The notes under the pieces were generated by a model. It was not told where the DNA came from. It ran no database searches and worked only from the letters and a program-made list of their open reading frames with translations. From Vicugna vicugna (Eukaryota): DNA of 64,000 bases. Made by a program: the position numbers and the translations under genes. Positions 61,681 through 64,000 of the stretch are shown here, piece after piece (the stretch's first letter is position 1; every line of letters starts with the position of its first letter). The stretch covers positions 1,145,159-1,209,158 of the forward strand of contig MU061579.1 in the NCBI GenBank assembly GCA_013265495.1. Reading direction: 5' to 3'.

Positions 61681-62511
61681 CAGATATATAAAATTAAAAA
61701 ATGGAAATGTTTAACTTGCTTAAGAGGGGAATCTGACTATGGGGATGAGTACATAGTTGCATATATATGTCAATACTTACCAAATTACACTTTTTCAATA
61801 TGTAAATTTTGTTGTAAATTCAGAAATTTTACACTAATAAAACTACAAAAATTTGTAAGTGAATCTTGGATTTTTCTCACTTTTTGAACTGAAAAACAGG
61901 ACAGACAGTTGCTTCTCAATATTTTTTTGTTGCATAGACATAAAAATGACAAAAATACTATGCATTATTTATGCTTTTTATTTACAAACACTTTCTCAAA
62001 AAATAAATTGTGATTTATGGGAGCCCTATGAAGTAGAAAGGCAGATTTTTAAAACTTAAAAACTCAAACTCAGATAATTTAAACAATTTGTGTATGTGAG
62101 CATCCATCAAATTTCCAGAAACTGATTTTTGTCAAAATGCATAAGGTTCTTCAATAGATTTTTTTGGTAAGTGTGACATTACTAAGTGTTCAACCAAAAA
62201 ATTTTTTTATTTACTGCATGGCATGGAAAGCATGGAAAAATATATGGAAATTGTATTTTAAAAAGAGAATAGCAAGTAATGATATAGCACATAATTATAT
62301 TTATGGAATACCAAAAACTGAAAGTTTACCTGTTCCTTCTTTCTCTGCCATCCCCACTTCCTTCATCTCTCCCTGTCTTCTTACTTTTCTTTCTTTCTTA
62401 AAATATAAGACAACTTGCATTGTCAAATTTCTTTGTGTCTACTACCCTATTTTCCATAGAGATATTTTTGACTAATCTTCAAAAACAGTAAAGAATGAAA
62501 GAGAGAGAGAG

Positions 62512-63031
62512 TGAAGTCCCCCTCACCCAAAGCTTTGCATTCAGCAGTTTCAGCTATCCCTTGGTCAACCATGATCAGAAAATATTTAATGGAAAATCCT
62601 AAGAATAAACATGTTTTAAATTGTTCACCATTCTGGTCAGTGTAAATCTCATGCAAATACAGCCCATCCCATCTGGGATATGAATTATCCCTTTGTCCAG
62701 TGTATTTACATCACATCCGCTAGCCAACCATTAGTCACTTAATCGCCATCTTGGTTATCAGACCAACTGTCACAGTATCACAGTGCTTGTGTTGGAGTAA
62801 CACTTATTTTACTTAATAATCGCCCTGAAGCACAAGAGTAGTGGTGCTGGCAATTGAGATGTTCTCCTACTGTGCCTCATTTATAAATGAAAATTTGTCA
62901 AGGAATTTATGTATAGGAAAAACGTATATATAGAGCTTGGATTGGTACTTTCCAAGGTTTTAGGCATCTACTACGGGTCTTACAGTATATATTCCTCAAA
63001 GATGAGTTGGGGGCAGGGAGGGGGACTAACG
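62512..63031 (+). mobile_element. MER44B-like (Tigger7) element nested in an old antisense L1ME (~62330-63430)
   Basis: Terminal inverted repeats agtccccct / agggggact. Internal ttatccctttgtccag...gtcacttaatcgccatcttggttatcag...aagcacaagagtagtggtgctggc. Confidence 0.85.
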
Positions 63032-63459
63032 TATATTAGTGCACACACACATAGAAACATATAAATGAGTTTGTCAATTCAAGCAACCATACTGAACTAT
63101 CTCATATTCTGTAAATTTCAACTATCTTTCTTGAAATTCATTTAGATGCTTTATGCAGAGATTTATTTAACCCAAAAGGTCATAATTATGAGCCATATTT
63201 CCAATATTTGTTATAACAATGGATGTTTCAACTCTCAATTTTAGCTGGCTACATTATATATTATTGTATAGTTGCACAATAATGTATTTAGCATTCTCTA
63301 ATGTTGCACATTGAGGTGGTTTTCTAATTTTTTAATCAATAATAAGCTACATAAATAAACACAGTAACTATGACAGTGATTATTTTCTTAGAATATATTC
63401 CTGAGAGTAGAATTGTTTAGTGGAAGGCTTTAAAAAATAATTTTCATGCGTGTAGACCC

Positions 63460-63510
63460 ACAGGCATACCTTATTTATTGCACTTCCATTTATTGTGTTT
63501 TTCAAATAAT
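63460..63510. mobile_element. Tigger1 terminal fragment
   Basis: caggcataccttatttattgcacttccatttattgtg matches the recalled Tigger1 terminus. Confidence 0.65.
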
Positions 63511-64000
63511 ATCCCTCCATAGCATAGCAATGCACAAAGAAAGGGATCATTCAGTTGCAAAATTTAAGGAAACATTTTTTCTTCATTATCCTACATATTA
63601 AAAAGGGAGTCTTTCATTCAGAGTAGGCAGAAACGAAGCTTACATTCATTCAAGAAAATTAATTGATCACATATCATGTGACAATAACAAGCACTGTTAG
63701 AATAAATCCAAAAAGGGTGCCAAATATTATCCCCTCCCCTATACACCCCCAAATCATGCTGCTCATATGTTCCTTTGTGAAAAAGAGAATCAAACTATAT
63801 AAAAGTGTTTGGAATTCAACTTTCAGCTGTCCACATCTTACTGATATACGTGAATAGTTCCACAAGTGTCTGCTCCTATTATCTCAGATGTTACTTGAAT
63901 GTACTTTCTATACACTCACATCAAATCAAAGTCATCAGTTCCTAGTGAGTAATTCCACCAGTATTTCCTTCATAACGTTTGTGTTCAAGCTTCTATTATC

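Noticed and set aside
1..64000. CRISPR arrays, prokaryotic operons, tRNA/rRNA genes, NUMTs, CpG-island promoter
   Set aside because: None seen. The sequence is mammalian, CpG-depleted throughout, and has no regularly spaced repeat-spacer structure.

Overview
This is mammalian genomic DNA, AT-rich and CpG-poor. The 3' ends of the youngest L1s, and the absence of any recognisable young SINE, suggest a cetartiodactyl, most likely a camelid; that is inference, not a database match. The window reads as a gene desert or the inside of a very large intron. I find no intact protein-coding gene, tRNA, rRNA or CRISPR array. A large part is interspersed repeat: young L1s (203-816, 17368-17946, 56785-60510), old L1M and L2 LINEs, MIRs, many MaLR/ERVL/ERV1 solo LTRs, and Tigger/hAT fossils. 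Subfamily names come from recalled consensus sequences and need RepeatMasker/Dfam confirmation. The most notable items are: (i) a TSD-bounded 3.7-kb L1 whose extreme 5' end is fused directly to the middle of the ORF2 endonuclease, with ORF1 absent; (ii) a twin-primed, 5'-inverted L1 carrying an extra 17-nt segment between two poly(A) tracts; (iii) a decayed, unidentified coding-like retrocopy at ~45.45-46.23 kb; (iv) a tiny poly(A)-tailed, TSD-flanked orphan insertion at 44.4-44.5 kb; (v) a near-perfect 452/449-bp tandem duplication; (vi) a GC-richer unique island at 26.15-26.5 kb with perfect inverted repeats and a splice-site-bounded 60-codon frame; and (vii) a dense AP-1/NF-E2/GATA/PAR-bZIP motif cluster at 60.6-61.0 kb. 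I cannot support a claim of a new multi-gene system from this sequence alone.
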